A stretch of DNA of 59,213 nt from Candidatus Parcubacteria bacterium (lineage in GTDB: Bacteria; Patescibacteriota; Microgenomatia; UBA12405). Shown here one piece after another: positions 1-7,967 of the stretch (within the stretch, counting starts at the first letter, position 1; every line of letters starts with the position of its first letter). The position numbers and the translations under genes were made by a program. The notes under the pieces are model-generated. The model was not told the origin of the DNA, did no database searches, and saw only the letters and a list, made by a program, of their open reading frames with translations. Where the stretch lies: assembly GCA_023396915.1 (NCBI GenBank), contig JAEWUV010000003.1, positions 1 to 59,213 on the forward strand, written 5' to 3'.

Positions 1-1
1 T

Positions 2-2395
2 TTTCAATATACTTTGATTGGTGGATCCAAAGTAAGCTCCACCGAGTAAACTAAGCATGGTAGAAGTAGAAGCACCACGACCAGTAACAGTAGAGAGAGT
101 AGAGGTATTACTGATAGTTCGACCAACACCGGTACCGGTGATATTAATATCGGTTCCAGCGGTAAGAGTAGTAATGAAGGGAGCTGTCTGACCAATGTTA
201 ACAAAGTAATTGGCATGTTGACCATCAAGAAGATCAGCATTAAGGTTAGTAACTACAGTAGTAGTTTGAGCCCGGGTAGCATTAAGGGTATTAGTAGTAA
301 GAGTGGTACCGACGGATAAAGAAGTTGAGAAAGAACCATTACCAATAACGGATAATTTTTGTCCTGGACTAGTGGTGCCGATACCGACAGATGAGGCGAA
401 GTAGGCGGTGGAGCCGACAGATAATTTATTAGTGACAGAGAGGTCAGAGATGGTGGCTCCGGCAGAAAAAGTGTGAAGACCGGTCCAAGTGGGGGAATAA
501 CTTTGATTTAATCTAAAATCGTTACCGACTTGGGTGATACCGGCTGAGGCGGTATAGATGAAAGTTCCACTGTCGCCAACGCTTAAAAAATGAGAGGCAT
601 GATAACCGTCGAGTAAATCGGCATTTAAATTGGTAACTAAATTAGTAGATCCAACTGATACAAAAGTACCGCCAATGGTTAAATTTTTGGTAATTTCAGA
701 ATTGGAATTTAGATAAATAATACCGTCATTGGCAGCGGTGAGATTAATATCCAGATTGGCATAGGGGCTTTCGGTTTGGATGTAAAGAGGGGAACTGGAT
801 CTGATAGTAGCTGAAGTAGCATTGGTGAAATTTAAATCATAAGCCATAGAGACATCTCCACTGGATACAAAAGAAGTGGGATTATAAAAAGTGTTTTGAG
901 AACTGGTGAAACTGGCCAGGGTGGTACCAGTGCTTAAAAAGTTTAAAGAATAACTGCTCAAGTCTAAATTGGTGTTTTCAGTAAAAGTGCCGCCAAGTTT
1001 AAAAGTATTTGATGAAAGAGTTAGACCATTACCAGCAGCATAAGTAGTTCCGATACCGGTGGCGTTGGCATTAATCCAGACTGGAGCACCAGTAGCATTA
1101 CTCATTAAAATCTGTCCACTAGTACCAACACCAGTGTTGACTATTTTTGATCCATTTCCATATAGTAATGAGCCGGCAGTAGGAGAAATACTATCGAATA
1201 AATTAAGCCGATAAGCGGAAGTTGTTAATAAAGTGTTACCAATTGATATATTAGTGGCGGTCATGGTACCACCGATTAAGGTATTACCGTAGGCATCAAT
1301 CGAGAAGCGGGTAGACAAATTTGTGGTCCCGGTATCGTAATTTTTGAAACTTAGAAAGTTATAGCCGCGATTGGTGTTGCGGATAGTAGCCGAATAGAGA
1401 TTACCAGTAGAGAGGTTGGCATTGGTAGCGTCAATAAAGCCGTTAACTGCAGTAGAACCTGATCCTTCGGTAGTAAGTTTGATAATACCGTTGGCATCGG
1501 GATTGATTTCGATATTACCGCCCGATCCATCACTAGCCTTGATTAAAACTGCCTGACCTTCGATACCTAATGTGCCGGAAGTGGATTTGATAGTAGGTGA
1601 GGTTTCGCCTAAATTAAGATTGCCGGTACCATCTATAACTAGCACCGTATCTTTTAGTCCGCTAGCAGATGGTGGCAGACCTTGCAAGGTTTCAGCATTG
1701 AGAGCATAGGCAACAGTGGCGATAGGTTGGCGTGGGTCCATAGTTTCGCCACCGGCAGTGATTTGAAGCCAGACAGCAGCATTTTCAGTAAAGACAGAAT
1801 TAGGGATTTCGGTGCCATGGGTTTTTCCAATAGTAACAGAAAAGATACCATTTTCGTCGGGAACAACTACTTGAGAATTGCCAGAAGCAGATGTATACAA
1901 GCTAGTACCAGTGCCGACGGTCTCTGTGTCAAATAGATCAAAGCGTATCGAAGTGGAAGAAGTGATAGGATTTCCGGCAGAGTCGGTTAAGCGACCCTGA
2001 AAAGATAAAAAGCGGTCGGCAAAGACAGGGGAAGCGGCAGTGGAATAAGCCATACCGGATTTGGCGTTTTTAATGGATTGGCGATAGAAACCATAGCCGA
2101 CGGCAGAGGAGATGATTAGAAGAGAAGCGAGGAGTAAATAGGTGAAGAGTGATTTGTTTTTTAAATTAAAACCCTTCCTAAATCCTTCCCTTGACAGGGC
2201 AGGACTTGAGGAAACCCTTGCCCTGTCAAGGGAAAGGGTAGGGTTAGGGTTTAGTCCTTTTTTAACTAAGTATTTTTGAAAGGTGGCAAGGGAGGAAAGT
2301 TTGCGTTTGATAGAGGCATTAGAAATGCCGGTGCTTTTGAGGTAAGCTTTGTATAGATCAAATTTAGACTGGTTAAATAAGTTTTCAGTTTTCAA
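2..2395 (-). CDS. Giant repetitive cell-surface protein, 3' end cut by the window edge (about 800 codons visible): linker, one TM helix, then a T/G/N/S-rich beta-repeat ectodomain
   Basis: Absent from the ORF track because it has no stop inside the window. Read by hand in the minus frame (codon first bases at positions = 1 mod 3): no stop from 2410 down to 2. The translation gives ...KNKSLFTYLLLASLLIISSAVGYGFY (TM), then AYSTAASPVFADRFLSFQGRLTDSAGNPITSSTSIRFDLFD..., then long repeats. The only in-frame starts upstream of the TM helix are TTG at 2395 and 2410. The first ATG (2053) lies after the helix. Confidence 0.7.
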   Translation of the reverse strand, partial: MKTENLFNQSKFDLYKAYLKSTGISNASIKRKLSSLATFQKYLVKKGLNPNPTLSLDRARVSSSPALSREGFRKGFNLKNKSLFTYLLLASLLIISSAVGYGFYRQSIKNAKSGMAYSTAASPVFADRFLSFQGRLTDSAGNPITSSTSIRFDLFDTETVGTGTSLYTSASGNSQVVVPDENGIFSVTIGKTHGTEIPNSVFTENAAVWLQITAGGETMDPRQPIATVAYALNAETLQGLPPSASGLKDTVLVIDGTGNLNLGETSPTIKSTSGTLGIEGQAVLIKASDGSGGNIEINPDANGIIKLTTEGSGSTAVNGFIDATNANLSTGNLYSATIRNTNRGYNFLSFKNYDTGTTNLSTRFSIDAYGNTLIGGTMTATNISIGNTLLTTSAYRLNLFDSISPTAGSLLYGNGSKIVNTGVGTSGQILMSNATGAPVWINANATGIGTTYAAGNGLTLSSNTFKLGGTFTENTNLDLSSYSLNFLSTGTTLASFTSSQNTFYNPTSFVSSGDVSMAYDLNFTNATSATIRSSSPLYIQTESPYANLDINLTAANDGIIYLNSNSEITKNLTIGGTFVSVGSTNLVTNLNADLLDGYHASHFLSVGDSGTFIYTASAGITQVGNDFRLNQSYSPTWTGLHTFSAGATISDLSVTNKLSVGSTAYFASSVGIGTTSPGQKLSVIGNGSFSTSLSVGTTLTTNTLNATRAQTTTVVTNLNADLLDGQHANYFVNIGQTAPFITTLTAGTDINITGTGVGRTISNTSTLSTVTGRGASTSTMLSLLGGAYFGSTNQSILK
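2168..2252. repeat. Family-P GC-rich palindromic repeat: two half-elements head-to-head with an 8-bp spacer (an 'empty' inverted pair)
   Basis: Half 1 is aaacccttcctaaatccttcccttgacagggcaggac. Half 2 is cccttgccctgtcaagggaaagggtagggttagggttt, the near reverse complement of half 1. Positions 2169-2207 are identical (39 bp) to 21429-21467. The element lies in-frame inside the giant ORF. Confidence 0.85.
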
Positions 2396-2823
2396 TTTGT
2401 ATTTGTCCAATCAATAAATTGACGAATGTCGTTGAGATAGTTACGGATGGTGGATTCGGACTTTTTTTTACTTAAAAATTCTTGATAATTGATTAGTATT
2501 TCATCAAGGCCGGGTTTTTTGTTGCGGAGAGCGGCTTTAAGGGGGTTGGTTTTTACAAGACCCTGATTGAGGGCGTATTGGAAAAATTTAGAAAGAGAAG
2601 AAAGATAACGACGGTAGTTTGGGTCAGAGGAAATGGTTTTTAAGTAAATTGAAAGGTTTTCTTCTGAAAGTGGATTTGAGGTTTTTGAAAATTCGAAATA
2701 AGCATTGATGTCGGAAAGGTAATTGCGGATGGTGGAAGAGGAATAATTTTTAGAGACAAGAAAAGACTCAAAATTTTTGAGAACAGAAGGGTCTTGATTG
2801 GTGGGGGTTGCCAATGGAGTCAT
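2392..2823 (-). CDS. Phage-integrase N-terminal SAM-like (core-binding) domains, 1.5 tandem copies, no catalytic domain; probably the frameshifted 5' part of the giant gene at 2-2395
   Basis: Copy 1: FESFLVSKNYSSSTIRNYLSDINAYFEF...YRRYLSSLSKFFQYALNQGLVKTNP. Copy 2 begins YQEFLSKKKSESTIRNYLNDIRQFIDW and hits TGA at 2394-2392. Its missing second half (YKAYLKSTGISNASIKRKLSSLATFQKYLVKKGL) continues in the shifted frame just downstream. Confidence 0.6.
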   Translation of the reverse strand: MTPLATPTNQDPSVLKNFESFLVSKNYSSSTIRNYLSDINAYFEFSKTSNPLSEENLSIYLKTISSDPNYRRYLSSLSKFFQYALNQGLVKTNPLKAALRNKKPGLDEILINYQEFLSKKKSESTIRNYLNDIRQFIDWTNTN

Positions 2824-3240
2824 GAGGTTTTATTTCCAGAGCCAGACGAAAGTGGTGGCAATGATTAAAAAGGGGACAAGCTTTTCAGCCACTTTAGAAA
2901 AATCCATTTTTTTGGATTCTGATAAAAAATCAGGTTTAAAATTATATATTTTATACATGGTTTATAAGATTTTTAACGAGTAGTTAATATAACTATCTAC
3001 TATTAGAAAAAGGCTGTCAAGGTTAAATCTGATGTCTTTATTGATGTATTTTGATAGTATGAAATTGAGTAAAAATAGTGTGTTTTAAGTTTTCATTTTT
3101 GTTTACACGGGTGATACACCTACTTACAAAGTAGAACATACTAGTTAATAGTGAATAGAAAATAGCTATTAGCAAAAAATGTAAATGCGGAGATGTGCGG
3201 TTTATAGAGAAAGATATTAAGTGATATAGAAATTAGGTCA

Positions 3241-3332
3241 AAATCTACCCCTAACCCCTCCTTTGACGAAAGGAGAGGAATAAAAAGTTCCCCTTTTGTC
3301 AAAGGGGAAAGCAGCGAAGCTGAAGGGGATTT
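3241..3332. repeat. Family-P palindromic repeat, inverted pair of hairpin units
   Basis: aaatctacccctaacccCTCCTTTgacgAAAGGAGagg ... tCCCCTTTtgtcAAAGGGGaaagcagcgaagctgaaggggattt. The termini aaatc/gattt are inverted. Confidence 0.8.
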
Positions 3333-3576
3333 AAATGGTAAGATTTGATAGAGAGTGTATTGGATGGTGTTAAAATGAGATACTTAATTTTGTAAATCGC
3401 TAATAGTCAGTAGTAAGTAGTAAAAATTAAAAAGGATTATACTAATATTTACTGTAAAGATGGGGATAAAAAATTTAAAATAATTAGTTAGCAGTTGATG
3501 GTATTTAGTGCTAAGTGGGGTTTTTGATATGATTTGCTGTCTTGATTTTTGAATTTTGTGATATTATTTATTTAGG

Positions 3577-4020
3577 ATGGAGAAGAAGGTTAAACCTAAT
3601 ATTAAGAATAAATCAATAGTAATAGCGGTTTTGGTGGTGTTGGGATTAGTCTTAACTTTCTTTTTGGCAACGACAGTAGTGCCACGGGCATTGGTAACTT
3701 TAACTAGGGCAAGTTCAAGCGGTAGGGTGGTAGTAAGCGGTTCTTATTTGTTAGGAGATAAGATTTTGGCTAAGGCTGATGGTAAGGATGTCAACAAAGT
3801 AAACATATTTTTATTGGATAAAAATGGTAAACCGGTTTCTGGGCAAACGGTTGAATTAACTGGAATGACGACTGGGGTGACTCAAAAAAATGACTTGAGC
3901 GATGATGAAGGAAAAATTACTTTTGAATTAATCTCTGCTACAGAAGGACAGTATAGAATAAATGCGTTGTATGGCGGACAGCAATTGCCACAGACGATAG
4001 TAGTAACGTTTAGAAACTAA
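3577..4020 (+). CDS. N-terminally TM-anchored Big_1-like (bacterial Ig-like) domain protein
   Basis: TM helix IVIAVLVVLGLVLTFFLATTVV. Then ILAKADGKDVNKVNIFLLDKNGKPVSGQTVELTG...GKITFELISATEGQYRINA, an invasin/intimin-type Ig pattern. Paralog of 7411-7824. Confidence 0.6.
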   Translation: MEKKVKPNIKNKSIVIAVLVVLGLVLTFFLATTVVPRALVTLTRASSSGRVVVSGSYLLGDKILAKADGKDVNKVNIFLLDKNGKPVSGQTVELTGMTTGVTQKNDLSDDEGKITFELISATEGQYRINALYGGQQLPQTIVVTFRN

Positions 4021-4028
4021 GGATATTT

Positions 4029-7000
4029 TTATTGAAAATTAACGGCTCCGTTGTTATAGACTTGTTTGATTTGTTCATCGGTGAGGGCGTAGTTGTAGAC
4101 GCGGACATCGTCAATTTGACCATTGACGAAATAGTTATTGTTCCATGGTGAATATCCAATACCAATTGTGGATGAAGGATTTGAATCAAGTGGTCCAGTA
4201 AAGGGTGCTGATTTATCTAATTTACCATTTATAAATAATTTTGCTGTTGAACCATCCCACGTAGCTAGAATATGAGACCATTGGTTTAGTGGTAATTGAT
4301 AGTTTGATGTGATAACTGTAGGCCAACTACTATTTTTTTTAAGGTGAAATCTAACATAACCAGAGCCATTACTACTATAAAGACTATAGGATCCTCCAGT
4401 GCTGTTTGAGTTTGTTCTTTCTAGAAAATTTTGTGTTGCCGTTGATTTGGGATAAACCCAACCACCAAATGAGAGTTGGTTAATTAGGTTTAAAGTCTCT
4501 GTTGCAGGGATTAATACATAGTCATTTGTTCCGTCGAGGTTGAGGGAAGAATTGATTTTGCCACTTGAGCCGTTGGTCCAGGCGGCAGAGGTGCCGACTT
4601 GGCAAGTACCGAGAGAATTTTGGGAACCGGAAGCGCCAATAGTAATAGTGCCGTTGTTGTCGTTATCGCTCCAGTCATAGACGGTAGAACCTTGGCATTC
4701 GTCCATTTTCCACCAAGCAACTGGTGCGCCTTTATTATAATCGTAGGCGATTTGGGCGGGGGTGCGGGCATAGTTGTAGATTTTGACTTGGTCGATTAAT
4801 CCATGAAATTTTCTACAAGCAGCGGAAGTACTACCACCTATTTGTACCCCACTTGTGGCTGGATTGTTAGTTATGGTTGTTGTGGAAATTAGTTTCCCGT
4901 CATAAAAAAATATCATTGAATTTCCACTTCTTTGTAAAGTCATAAAGTGCCAGTTTCCGTCATTGAAACCGAGGTCACTGTTAATAGTTTCGGTATAAAT
5001 GGAGTAATATAGTCTTCCTCCTTGATCACTTCTGGCTGCGCTTAGACCTACTCCATTTGAAGCACCTGGGTTACCTGAAGCAAAGATAGTTCTTAAAGAA
5101 GAACAAGCGTCAGATGTTTGGGTAGCGTATTTTGCCCATACTGAAACAGTAAAGTCGTCGGTGTTACTTAGGGTGTAAGAGCTTTGAATATAGTCGTTGG
5201 TGCCATCAAAACTCATACCTTTGCCGATTTTGCCTTGCACCCAGGTGGGGGCGGAATTGCCGGTACCAAGAGTGCCGGTGTTGGAGTTACCTGATGTATC
5301 GGTGATACTTGTTCCGCTGCCTTCATCCATTTTCCATTCGGCGACAGGGGCGGCACAGTAAGTTGTGTCGCCGGGGATACAATAATCCAAAGAGGTGGTA
5401 GTACCGCCGATATTTTGAGTAGTTTGGCCGAATTGGGTAGAGGACCCGGCGTTGTAATCCTGTTTGACTTCGTCGGCAGTGAGGGCTTTGTTGTAGATTT
5501 TAACTTCGTCAATGAGACCATCAAAAAAGCGAGAATTAGAGTCTTGTCCAATCATAATAGGTGAATTATATGTATCAATATTGCCTGAAATTTGGGTGTT
5601 TTCGACTCCGCTTAGAGATCCGTTATAGTAATGTTTTCTGGTGGTTCCGCTATAGGTCATAGCCACATATTGCCAGACACCGGTTTGAATTTGATTTGAA
5701 GCACCGAATGCGCCATACCAAGTAGCACCTTTGTAAAGAAAGGTATAGATTCTATTGTTCCCACTACTATTATTAATCCAAAGGATATAAGGGGCGTTTT
5801 TGCCGACGATTGTATGACTGCCGGCAGAAATAGTGTTCGGTTTAATCCAGGCGGTCACGGTTATTTCGGGTTGGCCGAGATCAATTGGACTACCAGTTCC
5901 AGAATCGGGGATTGAAAGATAGGATGTGGTTCCGTTGAAACTTAAGGCATTGCCGAATTTGCCTTGAGTCCAGGTTGGAGCAGAATTCCCGACAGCGAAG
6001 ACTCCACTTAAACCAATGCCACTATTAACAGAGTTATTGACTTTAGTACCCGAGTTTTCATCAAATTTGTAATAGGCAACTAGACCTGATTTGATTGATG
6101 GGGCGGTGTTGGATTGGACGCCGAGATTGGCGCCGGCGCCGGAAAGAGATCCGCGAGAATTATAATCGGTGAGGATTTGGTCGGCAGTGCGGGCGTAGGG
6201 GTAGATTTTGAGTTCATCGATGAGACCGTTAAAAGCATACGAATAGTTAAGATTTCCCCATTGACCTAGGTAGAAACCAGAATTAAAGACAGCTGTTCCA
6301 GTTGTTGCTTTAGTTCCTTCAAGGACACCGTTTCTGTAAATTGAAACCTTTTCACCATCGTAAGTAACGACAAAATAACCCCAAGTACCATAAGGGATGC
6401 TAACGCTTTTTGGATAATAATATTCACCACTAGTTCCACCATGGACATATTTCCAACTGTTATCTCCATACCAGTAGAAATTAGTGGTACCTTTACTGGC
6501 TATTGGCATATTATTACTAGTGTTGTGTTTGGCCCAAAATGAAATAGTATATTGACTAAATGTTCCCAAGGTAGTTCCTATCGAGACAACACTATCTGTT
6601 TCGTTAAAACTTAAACATTTTCCGGAGATGCAGTTTTCTTCGATTTGCCATTCGGGGAGGGTAGAACCGGAGAGAGTGCCGTTGTTGGTGCTGGCAGAGT
6701 CGTAAGCGGTGGTGCCGCTACCTTCGTCAAATTTCCAATAGGCGATGGGGCCGCCGCCGGTTTCTTCATTGTTAAGACTGGGAGTGGAACCGATGGCAGC
6801 GGTAGAAAAATCGGTGATGGAAAAACCGTTGTCGGCTGACGAATTGCCGTAATACATATAAAAAGTGGAATTACCAGAAATGAGGGTGGGGAAATTAGTA
6901 TGAATGGTGGTGGCAGTAGTGCCGCAACCAGAGACGATGTAGTAGTCAAGTAAATTGCCATCTTGATTAGTAAAACGAATATCACCACAGTCATTTTGGA

Positions 7001-7229
7001 ATTTAGTGGTGTCAGAGGTATCAGTGGAAATGGTTAGATAAACATTGCTTTGGTTGCTGCCGGTATTGTTGACGGAAATACTTTTGCGGTAGTGCCAGGA
7101 GTCATTCCACCAAGAGGCGGAAACTTTGGTAACTTTGCCGCCAATTTTTAAGAAAAATATTATGCCGGCAATGGCAAAAAAGAGGATGGTGAAGAGAGTT
7201 TTGTAAGAGAGATTTTGAAGAGATTTCAC
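4029..7229 (-). CDS. DUF2341 + five LamG/concanavalin-A-like lectin repeats, TM-anchored surface protein (1066 aa)
   Basis: The N-terminus WWNDSWHYRKSISVNNTG...CGDIRFTNQDGNLLDYYI is DUF2341-like. Five repeat ends are visible: LIDELKIYPYARTADQILTDYN, LIDEVKIYNKALTADEVKQDYN, LIDQVKIYNYARTPAQIAYDYN, IDDVRVYNYALTDEQIKQVYNNG, each preceded by the W..DE.SG..A.D.SG..N.G.L pattern. Confidence 0.8.
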   Translation of the reverse strand: MKSLQNLSYKTLFTILFFAIAGIIFFLKIGGKVTKVSASWWNDSWHYRKSISVNNTGSNQSNVYLTISTDTSDTTKFQNDCGDIRFTNQDGNLLDYYIVSGCGTTATTIHTNFPTLISGNSTFYMYYGNSSADNGFSITDFSTAAIGSTPSLNNEETGGGPIAYWKFDEGSGTTAYDSASTNNGTLSGSTLPEWQIEENCISGKCLSFNETDSVVSIGTTLGTFSQYTISFWAKHNTSNNMPIASKGTTNFYWYGDNSWKYVHGGTSGEYYYPKSVSIPYGTWGYFVVTYDGEKVSIYRNGVLEGTKATTGTAVFNSGFYLGQWGNLNYSYAFNGLIDELKIYPYARTADQILTDYNSRGSLSGAGANLGVQSNTAPSIKSGLVAYYKFDENSGTKVNNSVNSGIGLSGVFAVGNSAPTWTQGKFGNALSFNGTTSYLSIPDSGTGSPIDLGQPEITVTAWIKPNTISAGSHTIVGKNAPYILWINNSSGNNRIYTFLYKGATWYGAFGASNQIQTGVWQYVAMTYSGTTRKHYYNGSLSGVENTQISGNIDTYNSPIMIGQDSNSRFFDGLIDEVKIYNKALTADEVKQDYNAGSSTQFGQTTQNIGGTTTSLDYCIPGDTTYCAAPVAEWKMDEGSGTSITDTSGNSNTGTLGTGNSAPTWVQGKIGKGMSFDGTNDYIQSSYTLSNTDDFTVSVWAKYATQTSDACSSLRTIFASGNPGASNGVGLSAARSDQGGRLYYSIYTETINSDLGFNDGNWHFMTLQRSGNSMIFFYDGKLISTTTITNNPATSGVQIGGSTSAACRKFHGLIDQVKIYNYARTPAQIAYDYNKGAPVAWWKMDECQGSTVYDWSDNDNNGTITIGASGSQNSLGTCQVGTSAAWTNGSSGKINSSLNLDGTNDYVLIPATETLNLINQLSFGGWVYPKSTATQNFLERTNSNSTGGSYSLYSSNGSGYVRFHLKKNSSWPTVITSNYQLPLNQWSHILATWDGSTAKLFINGKLDKSAPFTGPLDSNPSSTIGIGYSPWNNNYFVNGQIDDVRVYNYALTDEQIKQVYNNGAVNFQ

Positions 7230-7244
7230 TCTTTAAGTTTAACA

Positions 7245-7406
7245 AAAAATCCCCTGATTCGCTTTGCTCATCTGCCCCCTTTGACAAAAGGGGGCCAAGA
7301 CAAAATGTTTTTAGTCTCCCTTTTGTCAAAGGGAGAAACCCTGAAGGGGAGAGGGATTTTTGAAAGGGAGAACCCCGAAGGGAAAGGGTCGGGGATAGGG
7401 TTTGAA
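7245..7406. repeat. Family-P palindromic repeat array (three units) filling the whole region upstream of the LamG gene
   Basis: GCCCCCTTTgacaAAAGGGGGC (7283-7304), CTCCCTTTtgtcAAAGGGAG (7315-7334), then ggggagagggattt and a gggaaagggtcggggatagggtttgaa tail like the one at 2232-2252. Confidence 0.8.
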
Positions 7407-7410
7407 AAAG

Positions 7411-7824
7411 TTAATAAAACACTATCTTGACGCTTTGGGGAAGTTTAGATGATCCGGTTGTAGCAGTGATATTGGCGGTTTGGGCGGTAGAAGAAGAAAG
7501 ATCAAAAATGGCCTTACCATTAATATCAGTGATTTCCTGTTGATTTTGGATGGTAATGGTTTTGGGCAAGTTAAGAGAAATGGTTTGATTGGCAACACCT
7601 AAACCTCGGCCGTCAAGTAAGAAGATAGTAATTCTAATCTTTTCCTTGCCGTCGGCTTTGGCCTGTAAAGGGGAGGCAAACAAATAAGAGTTTTCTAAAA
7701 CGATAGAAGTGGTGGAAGTAGCGGCGCGTTGATAAGTGGTAGTGGTACGGATGACAACGAAAACAGTAACGACAAGAGCCAAAACAAGAATGATGATAAT
7801 AATTAAATATTTTTTATTATTCAC
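7411..7824 (-). CDS. N-terminally TM-anchored Big_1-like domain protein, paralog of 3577-4020
   Basis: YLIIIIILVLALVVTVFVVI (TM), then PLQAKADGKEKIRITIFLLDGRGLGVANQTISLNL...GKAIFDLSSSTAQTANITA. Confidence 0.6.
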   Translation of the reverse strand: MNNKKYLIIIIILVLALVVTVFVVIRTTTTYQRAATSTTSIVLENSYLFASPLQAKADGKEKIRITIFLLDGRGLGVANQTISLNLPKTITIQNQQEITDINGKAIFDLSSSTAQTANITATTGSSKLPQSVKIVFY

Positions 7825-7860
7825 TAAATAAGTTTAGCAGGTTTGATTATTATTTTTTGA

Positions 7861-7940
7861 CTCGATAATGAATTTTGCAGTGCTCGCAACCTTCGTAAAA
7901 TCCACTCAGCGGCTTGCGCGCTGAAAATTATTATCTTCGT
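7861..7940. repeat. Family-Q intergenic repeat, copy A (AT-rich inverted arms, GC-rich core)
   Basis: The 55-bp core ttttgcagtgctcgcaaccttcgtaaaatccactcagcggcttgcgcgctgaaaa (7873-7927) is identical to 48062-48116. It contains an internal hairpin CAGCG-gcttgcg-CGCTG. Confidence 0.85.
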
Positions 7941-7967
7941 CAAAAAATATATAACTGCGAATTTAAA

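Noticed and set aside
2392-2394. UGA recoding (genetic code 25/4) as the explanation for the interrupted SAM-like domain
   Set aside because: Reading through the TGA in frame hits TAG 28 codons later and does not restore the domain. The domain continues only in the shifted frame. TGA also ends other well-delimited genes in the window.
4511-6994. Track ORFs nested in or antisense to the LamG gene (4511-4771, 4599-4799, 5213-5551, 6266-6469, 6611-6994, 6645-6839)
   Set aside because: All lie inside the 1066-aa ORF, which has clear repeated LamG motifs. Their translations are low-complexity (P/L/V/G-rich), as expected from alternative frames of a repetitive gene.
7102-7430. ORFs 7102-7329 (-) and 7215-7430 (+) between the LamG gene and the Big-like gene
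   Set aside because: They are translations of the family-P palindromic repeats (PPLTKGG, LLSKGE, KGRGI). The same peptide motifs arise on both strands wherever the repeat occurs.
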